Source of the DNA: Candidatus Stahliibacteriota bacterium
GTDB lineage: Bacteria; Hydrothermota; UBA3072
Direction of reading: 5' to 3'
DNA: 45,376 nt
Assembly: GCA_030668705.1 (NCBI GenBank)
Contig: DAOVFB010000002.1
Coordinates: 1-45,376 of the forward strand
Part shown: piece by piece, positions 1 through 7,907 of the stretch
How the letters are laid out: every line of letters starts with the position of its first letter
How positions within the stretch are numbered: the stretch's first letter is position 1
Made by a program: the position numbers and the translations under genes
The notes under the pieces: model-generated
What the model saw: only the letters and a program-made list of their open reading frames with translations
The model's database searches: none
What the model was told of the DNA's origin: nothing

Positions 1-27
1 ATGAAAATAAAACTTTAAGGAGGTTTT

Positions 28-351
28 ATGATAAAGGAAAAATCTATTAAGATAATCTTAGTGCTCATTCTCATTCTCCTTAGTTTGAATTTATTCAAAG
101 ATAAGTTATCTTTTCCTCTATTCTATGTAGAGGCAAAAGCCGAAACTAAGGCAGGTGAGGCACAAACGATTGCTCTTTCAAATGTTTCCGGAGTAGCGTG
201 TAGCGCCGATGGTAAATTTGTGTATGTAATAGGCGAATATTACGACAAAGAAGAGCAGATATCAAATAGAGAAGGCATTTACCGCTCCGATAATTTCGGA
301 AAGCCTGGAAGTTGGCAATTGGTAGCAAAACAAAACGTGGAAAAATTTTAG
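28..351 (+). CDS. Small exported/membrane-anchored hypothetical protein with a single beta-propeller-blade/Asp-box-like segment
   Basis: AAGGAGG Shine-Dalgarno before the ATG; hydrophobic N-terminus (IILVLILILLSL); VACSADGKFVYV and GIYRSDNFG...SW resemble a propeller blade and a BNR/Asp-box. Confidence 0.7.
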   Translation: MIKEKSIKIILVLILILLSLNLFKDKLSFPLFYVEAKAETKAGEAQTIALSNVSGVACSADGKFVYVIGEYYDKEEQISNREGIYRSDNFGKPGSWQLVAKQNVEKF

Positions 352-388
352 TATAGTTACAGAGACGTAAAAGAAACGGGGATGGGGG

Positions 389-2062
389 TCAATCCGCATC
401 TCGTTTAGCTTTTTCTAATTTCAGAAGTATCTTAACTGCATTCTTATTATCGGGATTCAACTTCAATGACTTCTTATAGTTTTCAATGGCGAGTTCTTTC
501 TTTCCCGCCTTCATATATGCATTAGCCAGGGCATAATAAGCTCTATAAGATTTCGGGAATAGAACTACATTGAGCTTGAAAGCCCTAATTGCGTCTTCTG
601 ATTTGTTTTTAATGAGCAAGTTAGTTCCTCTTTCCTGTATCAGACTTTCGCACAAATCAACAGCTTCCCCGTGGTTTTCCCTCAATTCATAATATTTTCT
701 ACTTGCAGCATCTATTCCCTTATTTTCCATTGTATTGAAAAGAGTTTGACAGATATTAAATTCTCTAACCCTCTTCATCCACAACATATCCTGCAGCCAT
801 GCTTTGTATTCTCTAAAGCTCTCCGAGTAGGGAGAAACCTCCTCAGGCATATACTTCTCCATTTTCTCCATTATTTCCAGACCCTTTGTGTAATCACCGT
901 TATCTATATAGTGTTTTGCCAACTCCCTTAGTACATATTGATAGTACTGTAATAGGTGGGAACAATATGGTATTTTTGAATCCTTCACTGTGGAAATGTA
1001 TCGATAACTCTCCGGATCCAGAAGAACCCTCTCTATTTCCTTAAGATTCATTTCAATTCTATACTCTTTTACATCTACCGGGAGCAGTCTATATGTCAAT
1101 CCGCACAGTTGCAGATGAGAACCAAGTTTTGGCATTCTATTTTCAGGCCATACCAGGGTAAAATATACTGGTCTCTTCCATCTATTATTTTTTATTACAT
1201 CCAAAATTAAGGCAGTTGAGGGATTCAAGAAACCCACAGAGTCTCTCATATAATCGGGTTTTAACTCCCATTCAATCACCTCCTTTGCAGTTGATAGATT
1301 AAATCTTTCTTTAACCTCTTCACTTAGAGGAATCCTTATTCTTTTCGTTTCCCATTCCTCGAGTTTCATACCTTCAATTTTCTCTTCATCCCAGGTTATC
1401 GGAAGAGGTATGAAGTAACCCTCAAGACCATTTTTCACGAACTTCACATATGGAGTGTAGTTCAATAAACCACCACTTACTACGGTAATATCCTTTCTGT
1501 AGTTTTCGACAAACTGACAATACCATATCGGGTGTGTTAAAGCATCACCAAACGTAAAAAGGATTGCATTTGAGTCACACGATTTTAGAGTATTTCGATT
1601 AAGTTCAAGAAGCCAGTTGGGGTAACCACCCTTCTCCCTTGCTTTTGTGTATTCCCCTTTTACCCTGAGTGTATCACCTATTCTCATATAAAAAAGGGCT
1701 CGAGTTCCATGTTCAACACCGATAAAATAATATGCATCCCCAATATCAGGATTCAGTTCCACAGCTTTATATAAGTATTTTAGAATTTTATTGGACTTTT
1801 TTTCATCATATTCACGAGGTGGTACATCGTATAAGATATGATGAAGTGAATAACCGAGATAATAATAGATTTCCGCATCATCCGGATATTCTGAAACTGC
1901 CTGTTTAAATAGAGAATATGCCTTTTTGTAATTACTATTATTAAACTCCTTTAGTGCTCTATTTTTCAGGTTCAGTTCCTGGGAATATAATAGTACGCTA
2001 AATAAAAAAACTAAAAATATGGATGAAACCCTCCTTAAATTAATTACTGTTTTCAATTTCAT
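389..2062 (-). CDS. Secreted TPR-repeat protein with a central DUF2723/TMEM260 C-terminal-like domain
   Basis: Signal peptide; N- and C-terminal TPRs (AEIYYYLG, AYYFIG, AYYALANAY...AIENYKKSLKLNP); NAILFTFGDALTHPIWYCQFVENYRKDITVV resembles the DUF2723 soluble-domain motif. Start moved from TTG 2080 to ATG 2062, which has an upstream AAGGA. Confidence 0.75.
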   Translation of the reverse strand: MKLKTVINLRRVSSIFLVFLFSVLLYSQELNLKNRALKEFNNSNYKKAYSLFKQAVSEYPDDAEIYYYLGYSLHHILYDVPPREYDEKKSNKILKYLYKAVELNPDIGDAYYFIGVEHGTRALFYMRIGDTLRVKGEYTKAREKGGYPNWLLELNRNTLKSCDSNAILFTFGDALTHPIWYCQFVENYRKDITVVSGGLLNYTPYVKFVKNGLEGYFIPLPITWDEEKIEGMKLEEWETKRIRIPLSEEVKERFNLSTAKEVIEWELKPDYMRDSVGFLNPSTALILDVIKNNRWKRPVYFTLVWPENRMPKLGSHLQLCGLTYRLLPVDVKEYRIEMNLKEIERVLLDPESYRYISTVKDSKIPYCSHLLQYYQYVLRELAKHYIDNGDYTKGLEIMEKMEKYMPEEVSPYSESFREYKAWLQDMLWMKRVREFNICQTLFNTMENKGIDAASRKYYELRENHGEAVDLCESLIQERGTNLLIKNKSEDAIRAFKLNVVLFPKSYRAYYALANAYMKAGKKELAIENYKKSLKLNPDNKNAVKILLKLEKAKRDAD

Positions 2063-2152
2063 CCTTATTTCCTTTTCCAATCAATATCTATTTAATTTAA
2101 ATTAAAAATTTGCGAATTTTTTACGAGTTAAGCGTCGAAATCTCTTAGTTTA

Positions 2153-3289
2153 TTAAGTGATACCGGCGATTAATATTTTACCTGCTTCTTTCAGGATAGT
2201 ATCAGATTGTGCGAATGAGAATCTAATTTTTTTCTTGCCTTTTTTCTTATCAAAATAGAATGCAGAACCGGGGACCACCGCTATTTTCTTATTCTTCAAT
2301 AGATATTTAGCAAATCCCCAATCAGTCCCATCCCAGATTTTGCCAATATCTGCAAATATGTAATACGTGCCTTTGGGTTCCTCGAAGACAAACCCTGCCT
2401 TCTTTAAAGCTTTACATAGCAAATCGCGCTTCTCTTTATATTTGTTCTGTAATCCTTCAATATAAGTAGTGGAAAATTCAAAATTCTCACAAGCCCACTG
2501 AAAAGGTGTTGGAGCACAAATAGTATTATAATAGTGAACTTTCATAATTTCTTTCATTATAGGTTCCCTTGCCACAACATAACCAATTCTCCATCCACTT
2601 ATCGATAGAACAACTGAGAAGCTCCCAATGAGTATAGTTCTGTCAATAAGATCTGGAATCTTCAGGGGAGATATATATTCACCCTCATACACAATATCTT
2701 TATATCTCTCATCAACTATGAGACATGCATCCTTTTCAAGGATTGCTTCGCCTATTGCTTCGATTTCTTCCTCTTTGAAAACCTTGCCTGTGGGGTTATT
2801 CGGATTATTCAATATAAATACAGTAAAGGGCGGTAATTTCTGAAGATCGGTATAATGAAATGAATAATCAGGTTCATTTAGAGACAGGAATATCGGTTTG
2901 CCTCGGCTTAACTTCGTAACCGGAAGGTAATTTTCGTAAAAAGGCTCAGGAATAACAACGCCCTTCTCGCTCTCGAGTAGACTGTACATAGCGGCAGCGA
3001 ACCCGGAACTCCCTCCACAGGTAATAAGAATTTCTTTCTCCGGATCGAAACTCGCTCCTGTCTCCCTCTCAATCCTATCTGCTATAAGACTCTTTAACGA
3101 CTTTCTGCCTCCGCTATAAGTATAGCCATTAAGCCCTCCCTCGATGGCTTCTTTTGCCCATCTTATAAGTGTCTCAGGGGTAAATATCTCAAGATTATTC
3201 TCTGCAAGATTCATTGCATCATTCTCTATGGCTAATCGCATCATCTCTGAAATTATGGAGCCCTCTATTTTTTCTAATATTGTATTCAT
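2153..3289 (-). CDS. Class I/II PLP-dependent aminotransferase-fold protein (Schiff-base Lys apparently replaced by Val)
   Basis: Motifs ILITCGGS, NNPNNPTG, IVDERY, SGWRIGY, VVPGSAF, IRFSFA; SFSK is replaced by SFSV. Confidence 0.9.
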   Translation of the reverse strand: MNTILEKIEGSIISEMMRLAIENDAMNLAENNLEIFTPETLIRWAKEAIEGGLNGYTYSGGRKSLKSLIADRIERETGASFDPEKEILITCGGSSGFAAAMYSLLESEKGVVIPEPFYENYLPVTKLSRGKPIFLSLNEPDYSFHYTDLQKLPPFTVFILNNPNNPTGKVFKEEEIEAIGEAILEKDACLIVDERYKDIVYEGEYISPLKIPDLIDRTILIGSFSVVLSISGWRIGYVVAREPIMKEIMKVHYYNTICAPTPFQWACENFEFSTTYIEGLQNKYKEKRDLLCKALKKAGFVFEEPKGTYYIFADIGKIWDGTDWGFAKYLLKNKKIAVVPGSAFYFDKKKGKKKIRFSFAQSDTILKEAGKILIAGIT

Positions 3290-3323
3290 AATGGCATTAT
3301 ACTGGCAATTTTAAACATGTCAA
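3290..3323 (-). promoter_or_regulatory. Sigma70-type promoter TTGACA-16-TATAAT, 6 nt before the ATG (leaderless)
   Basis: The minus strand reads TTGACA tgtttaaaattgccag TATAAT gccatt ATG; no Shine-Dalgarno. Confidence 0.8.
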
Positions 3324-3326
3324 TCT

Positions 3327-4994
3327 TTAATAAGCCTCAAATTCCTCCAGCCTGAGGAACTCTTCCAATTTTCTCCTCTGATTACACCTCCTCATCTTTC
3401 GGAGAGCATTTGCCTCTATCTGTCTAATGCGTTCCCTTGTGACATTGAACATCAACCCTACATCCTCAAGTGTTTTCTGATTTCCATCTATTAGGCCGAA
3501 GCGCAACTGGAGCACTTTCTTCTCCCTGGGGGATAAAGCTGTATTCAAAGCCTCTTCTAAATATTCTCCTATCAAAGTAAGACATGTATTCTTCGCAGGT
3601 GAAAGAACATCCGTATCAGGGATAACATCCCCCAGAAGAACTTCTTCATCACCTGTAGCCGGGTCTTCTAAGGATAATGAACCGTGATCAAGTTCCCGGG
3701 CAATTCTTATCTTATCCATAGAAAAACCTGTCATTTCAGAGATTTCTTCAAGCGAAGGTTCTACACCATTTTCCTGAACCCAATTATGTTGTACTTTTTT
3801 GATTTTATTTATAACGGCAACTGCATGAACAGGAATGCGAATTGTATCGTGCTGTTCAGCTAAAGCTTTTGCTATTGCTTGCTTTATCCACCAAATACCA
3901 TAAGTGGAAAATTTATAACCTTTCAGATGATCAAATTTCTCCACTGCTTTTATCAGTCCTGTATTCCCTTCCTGAACCGCATCCATAAAGTCAACTCCCC
4001 TCCGAAAATACTTCTTTGCAATTGCTATTACCAGACAAATATTGGCCTCAATTAGTTGCCTTTTAGCTTTAAGAAAATATTCTTCCCATTTTTGTATCTT
4101 CTTCATCCTCGATTTGACTTCATCCCAATTTGCATGAATTTCTTTATTGAAATCCTTTAGAGCCTGCTTACGGCTTTCAACGGCTTTTCCGAGTCTTATT
4201 AATTCATCATCATTAGAATCCTTAATACGAATACATCCTTTATCCTGACCTATTCTTGAATGTAACTTTGCCTCCATGGAATCAATTGCGTCAACCATAC
4301 TCTGCTGTCTGTTGTATATCCCTTTTTGGACTTTAAGCATCCTTTTGAGATAAGGAGTTTGAATACGCAAAGTCTGAATCTCATCTATTATCCTTTTTTC
4401 ATACCTTTTATATCTCAGTTTATACCTTTCTCTGCCAGTATCAACATATACATCCTTATATTTTATGAGTCCTGCCCTCCATTTTCGCACCTTCTTCATA
4501 ATCTTCTTAAGCGACTGCTTTTCCCGATATCCATTATAACCTTTTGACCATTGGTGGTTATTGAGGTAGAGAAACTGTTCTATAGGGAGTGAAGCACTTT
4601 CTAGCCGTTCTTTATAGCTCAGGAATTCACTAATTACTGGGATGGACCGAAATAGGTATTTAGAAATCATTTTACGGCCCCTTTCCATTTTCGAGCCGAT
4701 ACTACACTCTCCTTCTCTCGTTAGAAGGCAAATGTTCTTTATCTCACGGAGATATAGTTTTATTGGTTCATCTGTTTGTCTGAGTGCTTGTTGACTTTTG
4801 TTATTTATTCGCTCCTTTACCTCCTCTTCCTCCTCGGTTAGAACATCGATACCACCTTTCTCTAATCTACTAATTATCTTTTTTAAATTTTTTTCTTCAA
4901 TGTCGAGTTCTCTCCTAAGGTCACTAAGGTTAATGTCGCCCTCACTGTTTACCAAATCCATAATCTCTTCCCAGACAATGCCATCAGATTCCAT
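3327..4994 (-). CDS. rpoD: RNA polymerase sigma-70 factor, RpoD-like, with divergent region 2
   Basis: Directly downstream of dnaG; region 1.2 (EPIKLYLREI), long non-conserved region, QEGNTGLIKAVEKFD, KFSTY, TIRIPVH, region 4 (TLEDVG...VTRERIRQIE). Confidence 0.88.
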   Translation of the reverse strand: MESDGIVWEEIMDLVNSEGDINLSDLRRELDIEEKNLKKIISRLEKGGIDVLTEEEEEVKERINNKSQQALRQTDEPIKLYLREIKNICLLTREGECSIGSKMERGRKMISKYLFRSIPVISEFLSYKERLESASLPIEQFLYLNNHQWSKGYNGYREKQSLKKIMKKVRKWRAGLIKYKDVYVDTGRERYKLRYKRYEKRIIDEIQTLRIQTPYLKRMLKVQKGIYNRQQSMVDAIDSMEAKLHSRIGQDKGCIRIKDSNDDELIRLGKAVESRKQALKDFNKEIHANWDEVKSRMKKIQKWEEYFLKAKRQLIEANICLVIAIAKKYFRRGVDFMDAVQEGNTGLIKAVEKFDHLKGYKFSTYGIWWIKQAIAKALAEQHDTIRIPVHAVAVINKIKKVQHNWVQENGVEPSLEEISEMTGFSMDKIRIARELDHGSLSLEDPATGDEEVLLGDVIPDTDVLSPAKNTCLTLIGEYLEEALNTALSPREKKVLQLRFGLIDGNQKTLEDVGLMFNVTRERIRQIEANALRKMRRCNQRRKLEEFLRLEEFEAY

Positions 4995-6672
4995 TAGTCA
5001 CCCCCTTTCGCATTCGCTCTCTCTTTTCTATGAGATCCTTGATTTCTCTAAGGAGCTCACTTCCATCACCTCCGCTCTCCTCAATTTTTTGTAATTCCCT
5101 ATCCTTTCTCTCTTTAAGTTCATTCAATAGGAAATTTTTTAATCCAATAGCGGAAGATAGGACAGAAATCTCGGGCTTCTCGTTTTCCCTCACAAGATAA
5201 TCTATATGGCTTTTAGGCAGTGATTCTATAATATCGTCAAGTTTCATCTCACCCCCCTCTTTTAACAATCTTAAAGCTTTCCTTAAATAGGGATTGCTAA
5301 TCTCTTCGTCATTAATTAGAGAAAATACTGTATCCTTTTCTTCTGGCCTTTGTGCTATTGCATAGAGCAGACTCAACTCGCACATCTCTCGCTCCGAGAC
5401 AGGAGTGATTTTCTCTATTTTTGAAGATGGACGCATGGGCTCTTTTGCCTCCAGAAGATACTCTTCTATCATCAATTTTCCGGACACTGCTTTCCTGTAT
5501 ATTTCTTTTTTAATAGGATCCTTAATTTGACTCAACATTGCAGATACACGTTCTATTGCCTTAGAAAGGCCTAAAGGAGATGCAAGGTCATATTCTTCTT
5601 TTATGCGATCAAGTGTATAATCGAATAATTCACTTGCCAGAGAGAGTAAACGCTGGAATTCTTTCTTTCCACCCTCAAGAATTATCTCGTCAGGGTCCTT
5701 CTTTGCGCCTGTATTTCCAACTTTTACGTTCACGCCACGGTCAAGTAACATACCCAAAGACCTGAGAGTTGCTGCTCTACCTGCCTTATCTCTATCAAAG
5801 AATATAATAACTTCGTTTGCGTATCGCGAAAGAAGTTCTGCCTGATCATTAGTTAAAGCAGTTCCAAGGCAGGCAACGGAGTTCTTGATATCCGCTTGAT
5901 ACAGGGAAAGGAAATCAAAATACCCTTCTACGAGAATTATCCTACCTTCCCTTCTTATATCCTCTTTTGTATGCCAGAGACTGTAGAGGTTTTTCCCTTT
6001 CTTATGGATAGGCGTATCAGGAGAGTTTAAATATTTTGGTCCAATTTTACTTAACCTTCTACCACCAAAACCTATCAGCTGCCCCCCTGAAGAGAACAAA
6101 GGGAAAAGAAGACGCAAAAAGAAGCGATCTTTTACAGTGGTGCCTGTTCTTTTTATAAGTCCTGAAGTAAGAAGGTCTTCTATCTTGAATTTTTTCTTTG
6201 CCACCTTTAAAAATTCACTGCCAGAAGGAGCAAATCCTAATTGGAATTCGTCAATCGTTTCTTCTTTTATTCCTCTTTTCCCTAGATACCCGAGAACCTT
6301 TGATGACTTTTGTAAGGAATCATGATAAAATTCTGCAGCAAAATCATGTATTGAATACAATACTTTATTTTTTCCTCCAAATTCCCCAATCTCTATACCT
6401 GCTTTATTTGCAAGCATCCGAACAGCTTCCTGAAAAGGCACTTTTTCGTACTCCATTACAAAGGTAATTATATCACCACTCTTTCCACAACCGAAGCAAT
6501 GAAAAAAGTTAAGTTCTGGAGTGACATAAAAGGACGGAGTATCATCCTCATGAAAGGGGCAATTTGTCACATAATTCTTTCCGGATTTCTTTAAGGGTAG
6601 ATATTCTTCGATAAGGTCAACTATATTGATAGCATCTTTGATTTGATGAACTACCCCCTCTGTAATTGACAT
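4984..6672 (-). CDS. dnaG: DNA primase
   Basis: CHC2 zinc finger (CPFH...FHCFGC), KYLNSPDT, TOPRIM motifs VEGYFD and FDRDKAG. Start moved from TTG 6705 to ATG 6672 (MSITEG). Confidence 0.96.
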   Translation of the reverse strand: MSITEGVVHQIKDAINIVDLIEEYLPLKKSGKNYVTNCPFHEDDTPSFYVTPELNFFHCFGCGKSGDIITFVMEYEKVPFQEAVRMLANKAGIEIGEFGGKNKVLYSIHDFAAEFYHDSLQKSSKVLGYLGKRGIKEETIDEFQLGFAPSGSEFLKVAKKKFKIEDLLTSGLIKRTGTTVKDRFFLRLLFPLFSSGGQLIGFGGRRLSKIGPKYLNSPDTPIHKKGKNLYSLWHTKEDIRREGRIILVEGYFDFLSLYQADIKNSVACLGTALTNDQAELLSRYANEVIIFFDRDKAGRAATLRSLGMLLDRGVNVKVGNTGAKKDPDEIILEGGKKEFQRLLSLASELFDYTLDRIKEEYDLASPLGLSKAIERVSAMLSQIKDPIKKEIYRKAVSGKLMIEEYLLEAKEPMRPSSKIEKITPVSEREMCELSLLYAIAQRPEEKDTVFSLINDEEISNPYLRKALRLLKEGGEMKLDDIIESLPKSHIDYLVRENEKPEISVLSSAIGLKNFLLNELKERKDRELQKIEESGGDGSELLREIKDLIEKRERMRKGVTNGI

Positions 6673-7723
6673 AATGGAAATTATGTAATTATATTTTTTT
6701 CGCAACCCCCCTAATTAATAATCTATATCTTTAATTCAATCTCCCACAAGGGTCACAAAAGAAGATCAGCCACAGAGGCACAGAGAACACAGAGAAGAGA
6801 TTTTGTTTTGCAGGAAGGAAGATTAGACACAGATTTACACAGATATCAACTGATTAACTACTAAATCCTAAACCCTAAAACCTAAGACCAAACACCTAAC
6901 AATGCCACAGAGACACAGAGAACACAGAGAAGAATTTTTTTGTGTAAAAAACGCACACCACCAAAAATTAGCCACGGCAAACTCACGGTTAATTTTCAAT
7001 AAAGGTGATATGTGATAGAACTCAAGCAAGAAGACAAGCAGGTGATATGTGTTATGAGATAGAAGATGAATATGCACGTATCCCTTATCACTTACCACTT
7101 ATCACATACCACATATCCCATATCACCCTACGAACCCAACGAACCCTATGAACTCAATAAACCCAGAACACACCACCCAAGGAAATGAAACCGCAGATAA
7201 ACGCAGATAGATATGAATAAAAGACACACACCACCAAAGGGTTATGCCACGGTAAACTCACGGTTATTTTTTAATAAAGACACACACCACCAAATCCTAA
7301 ATCCTATATCCTAAATCCTAACCCCTGAATTAGACACAGATTTACACTGATATCAACTGATTAATATAAACTAAGAACACTGAACTCAGAACTAAATTTT
7401 AGACACAGATTTACACAGATTTGAACTGATTTTCATTCAAAATTTATAATTCATAATTCAACATTAGAAACAATAAACCCAAGACCTAAAAGCTGGACGC
7501 TCGACGCAAGGGACGCTATGAACGCAACAGACGCAATAGACGCAATGGACGCTCGACTCTCGACTAATTCCCACATATCACGTATCTCTTATCACTTACC
7601 ACTTATCACATACCACATATCCCATATTACTTACCACTTATCACATACCACGATAGTCCTTAACATACCAACCGACTAACCGACCAACTTATATACTTAT
7701 AGCTATTTTGTTGATAGCCTGGA

Positions 7724-7742
7724 GTAGCAGAGCTTGCTCTGC
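7724..7742. repeat. GTAG-type REP-like palindrome
   Basis: GTA-GCAGAGC-TT-GCTCTGC: a 7-bp perfect stem whose 5' end overlaps a GTAG tetranucleotide. Confidence 0.65.
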
Positions 7743-7762
7743 GTTGCCATGGCGCGAAACTT

Positions 7763-7790
7763 GTAGAGGCAATTCATGAATTGCCCCTAC
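7763..7790. repeat. GTAG-type REP-like palindrome (28 bp)
   Basis: GTAGAGGCAATTCATGAATTGCCCCTAC is self-complementary except one A/C pair; the GTAG...CTAC ends are typical of RAYT (TnpA-REP)-associated REPs. Confidence 0.8.
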
Positions 7791-7873
7791 TCCAATTCTA
7801 TCTTTTGACACTTTGCTCTATACTCTAAACTCTCTACGCTATATTCTTTCTCTCGACCCACTCATCTCACTCC

Positions 7874-7907
7874 TTGACTAACCAGGATGGATATTTATAA
7901 TAATAAT
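7874..7907 (+). promoter_or_regulatory. polA promoter TTGACT-16-TATAAT, 6 nt before the ATG (leaderless)
   Basis: TTGACT at 7874-7879, TATAAT at 7896-7901, ATG at 7908. Confidence 0.78.

Larger units (their letters stand above)
6743..7872. repeat. Intergenic mosaic of short (7-10 bp) tandem-repeat modules with reused 30-56 bp blocks
   Basis: Block A at 6769-6798 and 6904-6933 (29/30 identical); block B at 6823-6857, 7330-7364 and 7399-7432; block C at 6951-7004 and 7224-7279; block D at 7075-7123 and 7579-7627 (48/49); plus AAATCCT, GAACCCAAC, GACGCAATA, ATAATTC, ACCGACTA and ACTCTAT-type arrays. Confidence 0.92.

Noticed and set aside
6868-7098. 76-aa minus-strand ORF (ending SSLCSLCLCG...LGFRV)
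   Set aside because: It is the translation of the repeat modules, with no Shine-Dalgarno and no recognisable domain; most likely spurious.
6861-7326. CCCTAAA/TCCTAAA units resembling plant telomere repeats
   Set aside because: Only 4-5 degenerate copies per block, embedded among other heptamer modules between bacterial genes; treated as one module of the mosaic rather than telomere or contamination.
6743-7872. CRISPR array interpretation of the 30-49 bp repeated blocks
   Set aside because: No single repeat recurs at regular spacing, the blocks are internally periodic, the intervening sequences are themselves repeats, and there are no cas genes in the window.
6706-7886. Replication origin between dnaG and polA
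   Set aside because: I found no cluster of DnaA boxes (TTATCCACA) and no dnaA/dnaN nearby; TTATCACA occurs only as part of the heptamer array. Not fully excluded without GC-skew data.
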